This document shows, piece by piece, positions 45,502 to 57,934 of a stretch of DNA of 64,000 bases; within the stretch, counting starts at the first letter, position 1, and the number at the start of each line of letters is the position of its first letter. The notes beneath the pieces were generated by a model. That model made no database searches. It was not told the origin of the DNA and saw nothing but the letters and a program-made list of their open reading frames with translations. A program made the translations under genes and the position numbers. Origin of the DNA: Ranitomeya imitator (lineage: Eukaryota); the NCBI RefSeq assembly GCF_032444005.1, contig NC_091282.1, forward strand, positions 425,320,001 to 425,384,000, given 5' to 3'.

Positions 45502-48500
45502 ACTTTCAAGGCCCAACACCCTGGCACGACAGGTACATCGGAGGACGACCCATTATCCCTATCGTGCTGGACGGAATGCCCCTCAACGCTTTGCTGGACA
45601 CAGGTTCCCAGATTTCATCTATACCGTATATCCTTTATAAGAGGTACTGGGCTGATGCAGATATTGATAAAGGGGCCTCGGATGTTGAACTAGATATATG
45701 GGCCAGTAATGGTAAGTTGGTACCGAAACTAGGATTCAGGGAGATGACCATAAAGATTGGTAAAGTAGAATTGAAGAAACAGGGTATAATTGTTGTTGAT
45801 GTTGACCGGCGGAACTGTGAACCAACTGTATTGATAGGAATGAATGTGTTAGAGAACTGCTTTTCCGAAGTCATTTCTGTCTTACAGCAAATTGCTGAAA
45901 CTGCCCAATCTTGCCAGCAGAGAGTTCTCCGGAGGAAAATAAAAGTATTGATGTTAAGGCAACAGGTAGAAGTTGCAGGTGGAGAAATCGGCAGTGTGAG
46001 GGTAAGTGATCCAACGTCTATTGTAATCCCACCAAAAACAGAAATGCTGGTATGGTGTAGAGCAGCCATTGGTACTAAGGGACGAGATTATCAAGCCTTA
46101 ATAGAACCAGTGTACACCAACAGCAGGCCCACTATACTCACAGCACGAGGGATAGTCGAGGTACACCGGGGACGAGTGCCGGTACGACTTTTGAACTGTG
46201 GAAAGGAAGAGGTCACTTTGCCAAAGTATGCTACAATGGCAAAGCTATATACTGTTGACAACAATGCCATCACAACCATTGAGCCCTTAGAACCAACCTG
46301 TCAGGTGGAAGGCAATGGCTGAGATGGAGAAATGGAGGATTGGTGCCAACAGCTACACGTGGGCATAAATTCAACACCTACCCATCAAAAACAAGGGGTG
46401 TATAGGCTAGTGACGGAATATGAACAAGTCTTCAGTAAACACCCATTGGACTTTGGACGGATAGAAGGGGTAGAACACACAATCCCCACAGGTGACCATC
46501 CCCCAATAAAAGAAAGATATAGACCCATACCGCCCGCTCACTATCAATGTGCAAAAGATATGCTGAGGGAAATGAAACAGGCCGGGGTAATAAGAGACAG
46601 CTGTAGCCCCTGGGCGGCCCCTCTAGTGATTGTCAAAAAAAAAAGATGGAACCATGAGAATGTGCGTAGACTACCGGCAGATTAATAACATCACCCATAA
46701 AGACGCCTACCCCTTGCCTAGGATAGAAGAGTCCTTGACTGCTTTGAAATCTGCTAATTATTTTTCCACCTTAGACTTAACAAGCGGGTATTGGCAAGTC
46801 CCTGTGGCTGAGAGAGATAAGGAAAAGACGGCATTCACCACACCAATGGGTCTAAGTGAATTTAATCGCATGCCGTTCGGACTCTGCAATGCATCCGGTA
46901 CCTTCCAGCGGCTGATGGAATGCTGCCTCGGACACAAGAACTTCGAGACCGTCCTCCTGTACCTAGATGATGTGATCGTCTACTCAAAGACTTACGAACA
47001 ACACTTAAAAGACTTGGCAGAAGTGTTCGAAGCCTTATCCTGGTATGGCATGAAAATCAAGCCATCCAAATGTCACCTTCTCAAGCCAAAGGTACAGTAC
47101 CTGGGACACATCGTGAGTTCGGAGGGAGTAGCACCGGATCCCGAGAAAATAACCGCCATAAGGGATTGGCCGAGACCTACCAGTGCAAAAGAAGTGAGGC
47201 AATTCCTGGGATTGGTGGGTTACTATCGCAGATTTATAAAAGGATTTACCAAGTTGGCAGCACCCTTGCAAGACGCCTTGGTAGGGCAGACGAAGAAACC
47301 TTCAAACCGAAACCCTCCTTTCCAGTGGAACGACGAAAGGGAAGACTCCTTTGAACAACTAAAGAAGGCACTAACCGGAGAAGAGGTTCTGGCATACCCA
47401 GATTACCATCAACCTTTCATCCTCTACACTGATGCCAGTAATGTGGGACTAGGAGCGGTGCTGTCACAAAAGCAAGAAGGTCGGGAGAAAGTCATCGCCT
47501 TTGCAAGTAGAAAGCTCCGGCCTACTGAAAGAAATCCAGAAAATTATAGCTCCTTCAAATTGGAACTACTGGCAGTAGTTTGGGCTGTGACTGAACGTTT
47601 CAAACACTATCTGGCCGCTGCAGAATTTATTGTCTATACTGACAACAATCCGTTGACCCACCTGGACACAGCCAAATTAGGTGCGTTAGAACAGCGATGG
47701 ATAGCCCGGTTATCTAATTACAACTTCAAGATCAAGTATCGAGCAGGTCGCAAGAATGGAAATGCCGATGCCCTATCCCGGATGCCACACTTGAGAGATG
47801 TAGAAGAAGAAACGGGGGAGCTTGAAGAAATTGAACTACCAGCCTTCCATCATCCCAAGGCAAAACATCATCAGTCAAGTACCTATCAGAAACAACAAGA
47901 GGTGAATTTTAATCCGTTAGCACACCATAGATGAGCTGACACCCAAGACAGCAATCCGGCTGTGAAGTTGGTGAAGGAACTGTTAACTGAGCAAAGTGCA
48001 TATCCCGATGAGGATGCCCCAGAAGAGACGCATCAACTCTGGAAAGAGAGAGGCAAAATGTTCCTGTATCAAGGGAAGCTCTGTAGAAGGTACACCAATC
48101 CGAAAACACATGAATTGGTTTGGCAGATTATCGTGCCTAAACAAGATGTCAAGATGGTCCTCGAAGCTTACCATAATGGTGCTGGTCACTTTGGTTGGAA
48201 AAAGTTAGAAGTACTTCTAAGAGAAAGATTTTATTGGGTCGGGATGAGAAAATCAATCGAACAGTGGTGCAGAAATTGTGGCCTGTGCAACCTCAGAAGA
48301 AACGATCAAAAGAACCAAAGAGCACCACTGCAGCCCATAATCACCAAACAACCACTTGAACTTGTAGCCATAGACCACGTGAAGTTAATACCAAGCCGGT
48401 CCGGCTATGTCTATGCCTTGACCATCGTGGACCATTATTCACGTTTCTTGGTAGTAGTACCCGTAAAAGATCTGACAGCAAAATCAGCAGCCAAAGCGTT

Positions 48501-49635
48501 CCAAACGTACTTTTGTAGACCCCATGGATATCCGGAACAGGTTCTCACCGACCAAGGTACAGCCTTTGAATCAGAGATCTTCAGAGAATTCTGTAATATG
48601 TATGGTTGCAAAAAGATCAGGACGACGGCCTATCATCCACAAACAAACGGCTTATGCGAGAAGATGAACCATATTGTAATAGACCTACTAAAGACTTTAC
48701 CTGAGACAGAAAGGAATCAATGGCCAGAGAAATTGCCTGACTTGGTGGATCTGTATAATCATGTCCCGGTGAGCTCCACCAACTGCACCCCAGCTTATCT
48801 TATGCGTGCAAGACCCGGCCAATTACCAATGGATCTAGAAATGGGAATTCTGAAACCAGAAGCAGAAGTTCAAGACTCCAATTGGGATATCATACTGCAA
48901 AAGCAGTATCGCCAAGTGCAAGAGAGTGTGGAAAGAAGCCTTCAGCAAACTAGAGAAAGACAAGAGCGAAGTTTCAACCAGAATGCTCTAGCGACCCCAT
49001 TAAGACCGGGTGACCAAGTGCTCAAGAGAAATCGTCGAACCAATAAACTGGACAATCAGTGGGAAGCCGTACCCTACACAGTTTTACCAACAAGAGTGGA
49101 TAATCCTAAAATGTGTCTCATTAGCAAAAACGGAGGCTTAACATCTGTACTAGTGTCAAGAGACAATCTTAAATTATGTCCGGAAGCATTGAAAGAGCCA
49201 GACGTTGTCCAGCCAGAACCAGAAGTTATTCAACCCATACAGGTTCAACCAGTAAAGGAAAAAGAAGAGGAAGTGTATCACACCTGTATAGGAGACTTTC
49301 CCAAAACCCTACTAACATACCATGGTGCAGTAGTGGTTCCCATGGTGGCCTTTTACCCAACACCGAACCCAATACCAGAAGTCCCAAGACAGGAAGAGGC
49401 TGACCCCGTACTACAGGAGGTTCCAGGCCAGGAAGAACAGATTCCTGGTCAGAGTAATCCCATTCACGGTGGACTTGCCAACTCCATAGTCGTGGAATTA
49501 TCTTTAGCAGAGCGGGCAGATACTACATCCGCAGTAGACAGTAGTACACCACATGAAGAGACACCGCTATTACGTAGATCACAGCGTAGTACCCAGGGTC
49601 AATTACCGGCCAGGTATGCAGATTACCAACTATAA
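45498..49635 (+). pseudogene. J pol (PR, RT, RNase H, IN) with TGA at 46320 and 47932 and a frameshift in the A-run at ~46635
   Basis: ALLDTGS, LLYLDD, YTDAS, YTDNNPL, HNGAGH...CGLC, AIDH, LTDQG, GLCE. Confidence 0.9.
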
Positions 49636-51273
49636 AGCTCATAATGTGAATTGTATATATGTTATGCCGTATATAGTTAAACAGAAAATGTAGTATAGTC
49701 ATTGTTATCAGTCTGCAACGTTTAAGCCCAGTGCCTACAGAGACTTGTCTGTATGAACTTCTTGCATATTCTTGAACTTTTTATCAGCCCGGAGGCACTA
49801 AATCAAAGCTCCGGAAAGACTGCTTTTTGAACTTTGCTTTTTGCTCTTTTTGAACTTTCTTTAGACTTTATATTGATAACTCCGTTGGAAAAATGGAACT
49901 AAATTCCTGGACACTAAGTACAGTGCCTTTCCTAATACCTTCAAGGATAGAACTGTATTAATGGACGCTATTTGAAGTGACTTTTTACAGTACTCTATTT
50001 TTGTTTCCTTGAGTGGTTTTTGTAACTTTTCATTTTTAAGACTCTGTACATATTAATTGTTATTTCAAAATGTTATTGTCCCACAGTCCCGGAGTACTGT
50101 TCTTAACTAAGGGGGAATGTGGCACCCCTAGGGGTATTTGCCACAAAAATAGTTACTGACAGTAAATACAAATACTAAAATAGCAAGACTGCACTACCAC
50201 CTCCGGCCAGAAGGGGGAGCTCCAGAGACTCCCCTTGATCCATTCTGGTCTGAGAGAAGAAATGGCAGTTGGGCCAAGGAGCTGCAAGTGAGAGGTCATA
50301 CAGTTGAATCTCTAACAGCCCTGTGACTGTTACCAGGCCTAAATCACCGGCCTGAGGAGAAGAGGGACAGAGAAAAGGGACATTGTGAGAACCGGGTAGC
50401 ATTAATCACTACCCAGAACAGGCGCAAAGACGGATACCGGGTCCGTGGCTGTATTCATTATATATAATACAGCAACCGGAAAAACGTGAGGTGATATCAG
50501 CTTCACTAGGGCCGGACACAGCAACAGACACAGAGTTCAGCGGTACTCCAGGAGGGGGTAAGCCGATAAAAGGACTCGGGTTGCCCGTCGAACCAGGACC
50601 CGGAGGGGACAGATTGGGCCGGCAGCCAGTTCACATACAGCAGCAGGGCCACACAGAAATTGCACACAATAAGAGGCGAAGACCCCGGCAGGGTCAAAGT
50701 AACTCAGAGTTCCCATACAGACTCCGGTGACAGGACTGGTTGTAAATCCTTTTATGTTAAAGTAAACTGGTTAAACGTTTCAGTGCCTTAGTCTTTCATT
50801 TGGACAATAGCCATCTATCCAGGATCGGGATCATCACCGCTGGGAGAACCTGCTGCTGATCAAGTAAGTGCCTGTTCCATCACGATACCCTTACACTGTG
50901 CATTGCCTGAGGCCACAGCACCGGGTCAAGCCACCCGTGACATCCCCCTCAAGAGACAGACCCCATTGGTCCGTTGCTGGGTATCCCGGTCTCTTGGGCG
51001 TCACAATTACAATTAAACTTTCATATATTATAGATTCATTATCCACCAACTGAAATTTGTCAGGTCTTTTATTGTTTTAATACTGATGATTTTGGCATAC
51101 AACTCCTGATAACCCAAAAAACCTGTCTCAATAAATTAGCATATCAAGAAAAGGTTCTCTAAACGACCTATTACCCTAATCTTCTGAATCAACTAATTAA
51201 CTCTAAACACATGCAAAAGATACCTGAGGCTTTTATAAACTCCCTGCCTGGTTCATTACTCAAAACCCCCATC

Positions 51274-52278
51274 ATGGGTAAGACTAGCGACCTGACAGAT
51301 GTCAAGAAGGCCATCATTGACACCCTCAAGCAAGAGGGTAAGACCCAGAAAGAAATTTCTCAACAAATAGGCTGTTCCCAGAGTGCTGTATCAAGGCACC
51401 TCAATGGTAAGTCTGTTGGAAGGAAACAATGTGGCAGAAAACGCTGTACAACGAGAAGAGGAGACCGGACCCTGAGGAAGATTGTGGAGAAGGACAGATT
51501 CCAGACCTTGGGGAACCTGAGGAAGCAGTGGACTGAGTCTGGTGTGGAAACATCCAGAGCCACCGTGCACAGGCGTGTGCAGGAAATGGGCTACAGGTGC
51601 CGCATTCCCCAGGTAAAGCCACTTTTGAACCATAAACAGCGGCAGAGGCGCCTGACCTGGGCTACAGAGAAGCAGCACTGGACTGTTGCTAAGTGGTCCC
51701 AAGTACTTTTTTCTGATGAAAGCAAATTTTGCATGTCATTCGGAAATCAAGGTGCCAGAGTCTGGAGGAAGACTGGGGAGAAGGAAATGCCAAAATGCCT
51801 GAAATCCAGTGTCAAGTACCCACAGTCAGTGATGGTGTGGGGTGCCATGTCAGCTGCTGGTGTTGGTCCACTGTGTTTCATCAAGGGCAGGGTCAATGCA
51901 GCTAGCTATCAGGAGATTTTGGAGCACTTCATGCTTCCATCGGCTGAAATGCTTTATGGAGATGAAGATTTCATTTTTCAGCACGACCTGGCACCTGCTC
52001 ACAGTGCCAAAACCACTGGTAAATGGTTTACTGACCATGGTATTACTGTGCTCAATTGGCCTGCCAACTCTCCTGACCTGAACCCCATAGAGAATCTGTG
52101 GGATATTGTGAAGAGAAAGTTGAGAGACGCAAGACCCAACACTCTGGATGAGCTTAAGGCCGCTATTGAAGCATCCTGGGCCTCCATAACATCTCAGCAG
52201 TGTCACAGGCTGATTGCCTCCATGCCACGCCGCATTGAAGCAGTCATTTCTGCCAAAGGATTCCAGACCAAGTATTGA
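51274..52278 (+). CDS. Tc1 transposase, intact, DD34E (334 aa)
   Basis: MGKTSDLT...; FSDESKF, FQHDLAPAH, SPDLNPIENLW with 34 residues between the second D and E. Confidence 0.93.
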   Translation: MGKTSDLTDVKKAIIDTLKQEGKTQKEISQQIGCSQSAVSRHLNGKSVGRKQCGRKRCTTRRGDRTLRKIVEKDRFQTLGNLRKQWTESGVETSRATVHRRVQEMGYRCRIPQVKPLLNHKQRQRRLTWATEKQHWTVAKWSQVLFSDESKFCMSFGNQGARVWRKTGEKEMPKCLKSSVKYPQSVMVWGAMSAAGVGPLCFIKGRVNAASYQEILEHFMLPSAEMLYGDEDFIFQHDLAPAHSAKTTGKWFTDHGITVLNWPANSPDLNPIENLWDIVKRKLRDARPNTLDELKAAIEASWASITSQQCHRLIASMPRRIEAVISAKGFQTKY

Positions 52279-53517
52279 GTGCATAACTGAACATTATTAT
52301 TTGATGTTTTTTTTGTTTGTTATTAAAAAACACTTTTATTTGATTGGATGGGTGAAATATGCTAATTTATTGAGACAGGTTTTTTGGGTTATCAGGAGTT
52401 GTATGCCAAAATCATCAGTATTAAAACAATAAAAGACCTGACAAATTTCAGTTGGTGGATAATGAATCTATAATATATGAAAGTTTAATTGTAATCATTA
52501 CATTATGGTAAATAATGAAATTTAACACTATATGCTAATTTTTTGAGAAGGACCTGTATTCTACTAATTTATATTTCAAATAGCAGGAGTGAAATGTCCA
52601 TTACCATGTAACTGCTTATCTAGCTCCCATTTAATCTATTTGCCTAATGTTTCTAAAACTGCAATCTTTATAATACAGTACTTTCCAGGAATAATTGCAG
52701 AATCTTCTGACGTTCAGCTCAACTTCTACAGGTGGTTTTTGAGTTAAAAGCAATTGATACAAAGCACTATCTTCCTCGTCAATAACATGATATATAGAAT
52801 GACAGAGATATTCTTCTGTTACCTTAAAATTATGTGATGGTATAACAAAACATGTTGATGCAACAGCATTATGCTGTAGTGTTCTCTGGCAGGAAGTGGG
52901 GACTAGACATAAAAAATGTGTTTAGTGTTGTGATTAGTGAATCAATTCAAATTTATTTTATTTAACTTTTTTTAGGAATTCACTGGACCCAATTAATTCA
53001 AACAATTTTCCCTTCAGTGTTCAATGCCATAAAGTCTTCTCCCATCCAACAGGTAATTAACATCATATTGGTGTCTAAGAAATGCATATTGTCTTATAGC
53101 GTGGGTATTATATATACATTATATATTAATTTATTTAACATTTTTTAGGAATTCACTGGACCCAATGAATTCAAACAATTTGTGATTTTATCACATTGCT
53201 GAAGATTGCATCTGCCATCTGGGCTTACAGATAACATTATATGGAATATAACATAAAATAGAATAGATAGTTCTGATTATCAATAGCAATTTATGCTGAG
53301 GTCACTTTCATATTTCTATAGCTTTGTTTGTATTGAATAGTTTGAAGTGAGTTGGGTACTGTCCAAGAACCCTCAGAGTGTAATGCATGCATTTTCAGAG
53401 TCATTGGATTCAGAGCAAATCAATTTGCTATGCATCAAATGTTTGGCGAAGTTGGCGAATTTGAATTTTAAAAGATTGACTCTTCTCTACTCTAGTGACA
53501 AAAGCTTAGCCCGCATA

Positions 53518-55656
53518 CAATGGGGAAATAGGTTTTTGATACACTGCCAGTTTTGCAAGTTTTCCCACTCACAAAGAATGGAGAGGTCTGTAATTTTTAT
53601 TGCAGATTTCAACTGTGAGAGACTAAATCTAAAAATAAAAATCAGAAAATCACATTGTATGATTTTTACATAATTAAATTCCATTTTATTGCATGAAATA
53701 AGTATTTGATCACCTATAAACCAGCAAGAATTCTGGCTCTCACAAACCTGTTAGTTTTTCTTTAAGAAGCGTTCCTACTCTACACTCATTACTAGAGATG
53801 AGTGAAGTCGAACAGTAAAGTTACATTTGTTCAGCCAGCCATGGTTCCCAGGCTATCAAATGACAGTGTGAGACTGCAGCTGTGATTGTAGGTAAAAAGC
53901 TTACCTCCAGTGACTGGTGTCAGCTCATGGGACTACTACAGCCCATCAACCTGTTATTAGTGGCAAGAGGTGGTGGCTGCACTCTCAATAAATATTTAAG
54001 TTAAATTTAAAAAAAATGATGGCTCCTGTTCTCACTGTTATTAGTGGCAGCAGGCATTAGCTGATGGGAACAGTAGTCTGATCATCTGACGCCAGTGACC
54101 AGAGGTAAACTTTTTACCTATGTTCACAGTTTCGGGCTTACGCTGTCATCAGACAGCATGGGAATTGAGGCTGTCTGACCAGTGGTAATGATTTTACTGC
54201 CAATCAGAAGCAATGTTTTCCACGCTGTCATGCACATAAAAGCATGGAAAACACTGGATATTTGACCCCCCCACTCAAGTGAATGTGGTGCGGGTTTAGG
54301 TCGCGGTTCTGTTCTATTACCCGAGCCCGAAGCTTTCCTAACTGTTTGGCCCCCACAGGACCCGAACATCCTGGAGTCCATCCATATCTACTCATTACCT
54401 ATATTAATTGCACTTGTTTGAACTCATTATCTGTATAAAAGACATTTTTCCACACACTCAATCAATCTCATTCAAACCTCTCCATCATGGCCAATACCAA
54501 AGAGCTAAGGACGCTAAGGACAACAATGTAGACCTGAGCAAGGTTGGGATGGGCTAAGGAAAATAGGCAAGCAGCTTGGTATAAAGGCTACAACTGTTGG
54601 CACAATTATTAGAAAATGGAAGAAAAACAAAATGACTGTAAATCATTCTCTGTCTGGGGCTTCATGCAAGATCTTGCCTCGTGGGATAAGGATGATTCTG
54701 AAAATGGTCAAGAATCTGCCCAAGACAAGAGGACTTGGTCAATGATTTGAAGAGAGCTAGGACAACAGTCTCAAAGATTACCATTAGTAACATAACACAG
54801 GATCATGTATTAAAATCCTGCAGGACATGTTCAGGCCCATTTGAAGTTCACCAATGACCATCTGGATGATCCAGAGGAGGCATGACAGAAGGTCATGTGG
54901 TCAGATGAGACCAAAATATAACGTTTTGGCATCAACCCCACTCACCGTGTTTGGTTGAAGAAGAAGGATGAGTACAACCCCAAGAACACCATCCCAACCA
55001 TGAAGCATGGTTGAGGAAACATCATACTTTGGGGGTACTTTTCTGCAAAGGGGACAGGACAATTGCAAGGGAGGATGGATGAGGTCATATATCAAGTGAT
55101 TTTGGCTAACAACCTCCTTCTCTCAGTAAGAGCATTGAAGATGGGTCATGGCTGGGTCTTCTAGCATGACAATAACCAAAAAGACACAGCCAAGGCAACT
55201 AACGAGTGGCACTGTAAGAAGCATTTCAAGGGCCTGGAGTGGCCTAGCCAGTCTGCAGACCTGAACACAATAAAATATGTTTGGAGGGAGCTATAAATGA
55301 ATGTTGCACAGCAACAGCCCTGAAACCTGAAGGATTTGGAGAAGATCTGTATGGAGAAGTGGGCCAAAATCCCTGTTGAAGTGTGTGCAGGCTTGGTCAA
55401 GAACTACAGGAAATGTCTGATCTCTGTAATCGGAAACAAATGTTTCTGTACCAAATATTATGTTTTTTATTTAATCAAATACTTATTTAATGCAATAAAA
55501 TGCAAATTAATTATGTATAAATCATACAATGTAATTTTTTTTTTTTTAGATTCTGCCTTTCACAGTTGAATTGTACCTACATTAAAATTACAGACCTCTC
55601 CATTCATTGTTGGTGGGAAAACTTGCAAGAGTATGAAATACTTGTTTTCCTCACTG
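53518..55656 (+). mobile_element. Decayed Tc1 element (transposase pseudogene ~54487-55458)
   Basis: TA|CAATGGGGAAATAGG...CTTGTTTTCCTCACTG|TA; MANTKEL start; WSDETK and a degenerate SADLNTI motif; many stops. Confidence 0.85.
53793..54390. mobile_element. hAT-type MITE inside the decayed Tc1
   Basis: TAGAGATGAGTGAA start; 8-bp TSD CTCATTAC at 53785-53792 and 54391-54398. Confidence 0.85.
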
Positions 55657-56769
55657 TATACTCTAGTGTTAGATGCAACCCTGTAATGATGACTGGTATC
55701 CCAAACAGAGAAGAGGAGGAAAGACAGCGAAGATAGAGATGTCGTGGAGCTGTAAATAGCCAAAAAAGTTGGAGACAGAAAGAGAACATAGGAGAGGTTA
55801 GAAGTCTCTGCAAGACTGATCCTGGACCTCAAGAGACAAATGCCATCAGCTGATGTGCCCACTTTCAAATGTGTAGGTGATCTGTTTGATCCTATAGAAA
55901 TAGCATCCCATCAGGAGACTTAGGAGCCATTTCATCAAGGCTAGAGTAGTAGAGTACCCGATGCTGAAGTCATTATGAGATAGATGCACCAGAAAAGACA
56001 CTCCAGCTTTTGCCAAATGCTGACTGAAGTAGCATTTCTGGCATAGAAAACACAGACAGATTTGATGATTTTGATGGGAGGGGATGTGTCCACACCCCAG
56101 CTCCACCTCCTCACCAGTAGCAATGAACAAATATGTTCGAAAAACAATCGCCATACATAAATTCAGCATGAATATGACACATTTGGATTCGTGATCGAAA
56201 ACACAAGCAAACTTTTATAAAATTGGAAAAAAATTGGTAACATTCTTTAAAAAGTGTGGGAAAATATTTGCGTTGCCATTAAAGTATTTTGAACACTTTG
56301 GCAAGGATAGTGGTGGTGTATGATGAGCATGGGGCACATGTTTGATGAGGAAAAGGGTTGGAGATGCTTGTAAAAATAAATTTTCTAACTTTATTTGTGC
56401 ACATTGTGACTAGCCAATCAGAGTGCAGGAAACATCCACAATGTCCTGACACAACAGTGTTTATATAAAGTTTATATAAAGAGTGGACATCTTTCTTTAG
56501 CTCCATTTTGCCACTAGCACAGGTCAGAGAGGCTGCTCCTGACGTTGGGCCTGGGTACTGATAGATTTTAGCTAGTTAGCTAGGTGGTTGTTTTTAAGTT
56601 AGATAATTTAGATAGCTAGTGCCCTGTGTGACTGTGAAATCAACTTTCCATAAGATTTTATTTTTTGTGCCATTACTGAGGTTCACAGACAAAGACAGCA
56701 GGGCACATTTCATAGAAGTGCGTATCCACACTAAAAAAAAATACTATCTTCAGATACTAACGTGACACA

Positions 56770-57360
56770 GTATAGGAGGTCTGAGTTTGAAATTGTTTGG
56801 AGCATATAGTCTATGTTATACAGGCTTTCTGCACACAAAACAATTCTTCTGTTACTATCATTATACAATAGGGGAGATCTCCATTTGAAATTGTTTGGAG
56901 CATATCTTCTATGTCATCGATACTGAAAAAAATTCTTTCTTCTGTAACTAATGTGATAAAATAGGGGATATCTCAGTTAGAAATTGTTTGGAGCATATTT
57001 TCTAGGTTATACAGGCATCATCCACATGGAAACAATTCTTTCTTCTATGACTAGCGTGATAAAATATGGAAGATCTCACTTTGAAATTGTTTGAAGCATC
57101 TAGTCTATGTTATACAGGCATCATCCACACCAAAAAAATTCTTCTGTTACTAACATCATACGGTGTGGGAGATCTCAGTTTGAAATTGTTTGGAACATAT
57201 CTTCTAGGTTATGCAGGCCTCATCCACATTGAAACAATTCTTTCTTCTATGACTAATGTCATACAGTAGGGGAAATCTCATTTGTATAATTGTTTGGAGC
57301 ATATTTTCTTTGTCATGCAGGCCTCATCCACACTGAAGCAATTTATTCTGTGACTAACAT
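56770..57360. repeat. Tandem array, ~99-bp unit, 6 copies
   Basis: GAAATTGTTTGGAGCATAT anchors near 56789, 56887, 56980, 57083, 57182, 57284. Confidence 0.88.
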
Positions 57361-57934
57361 GATTCGGCGCTCCACATTTCACCTTGTCATTTAGTGCCGC
57401 TGAAATTAAGCTATGTACAGTAAAAAATCAAATTTTTTTCTTGCCAATACCGTGCCTCTTCCACACTATCTGAGCAACATGACTTGAAAAAAGCGAGGTC
57501 GTGATGGAAGGTGGATTAGGCTTGGTGTTCAAGGTGGAAACAGGAACACATGGGCTACTTGCACAGTGAACAAGTCTGTAGGAACATGTTCACATACCAC
57601 CAAGAAACCTGAAGACACAAAAGAGAATAGTAAAACCAAAAGCACTCAGTTTGAAAAAAATCGCAGTAATCCGCAAGTGCTAGTAAAAGATGTAAAAAAC
57701 AGGGTATTTGGTTGATACGTTTTTTGCAAAAAATGTATACTAAGCTGCTCTACCAAACTTCACGGTATACCCATATCAGAGCAGTCCTAACTAATGTATG
57801 CAATCTCTATCTGATGTATTTAAAAACCTGATCATCTGTATATTACCTGTGTGAACAGGGTTCAGAGAGGAAAAATCCATGTGTGCATATAGAGTAGCTT
57901 TACCTTCCCTGCCCTCAAGCACCTGTCCATGTGT

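Larger units (their letters stand above)
43102..51005 (+). mobile_element. Full-length non-chromovirus Ty3/Gypsy element J
   Basis: 888-bp LTRs at 43102-43989 and 50118-51005 (about 10 substitutions by eye); TSD ATTA; PBS; PPT AAGGGGGAA at 50109-50117; order gag-PR-RT-RH-IN. Confidence 0.96.
43037..52556 (+). mobile_element. Tc1 element with ~200-bp IR/DR-type TIRs; left TIR split by Gypsy J
   Basis: TA|CAGGTCCTTCTCAAAAAATTAGC...GCTAATTTTTTGAGAAGGACCTG|TA; 43037-43101 plus 51010-~51143 equals the inverse of ~52357-52556. Confidence 0.95.

Noticed and set aside
49636-50108. Possible env-like ORF after J integrase
   Set aside because: Only about 470 bp and no ORF.
55660-56370. Possible coding relic after the decayed Tc1
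   Set aside because: No motif I can assign to any family.
57590-57890. Segment upstream of hAT copy 2 that may be a retroposon tail
   Set aside because: No TSD, poly(A) or ribozyme core could be established by eye.
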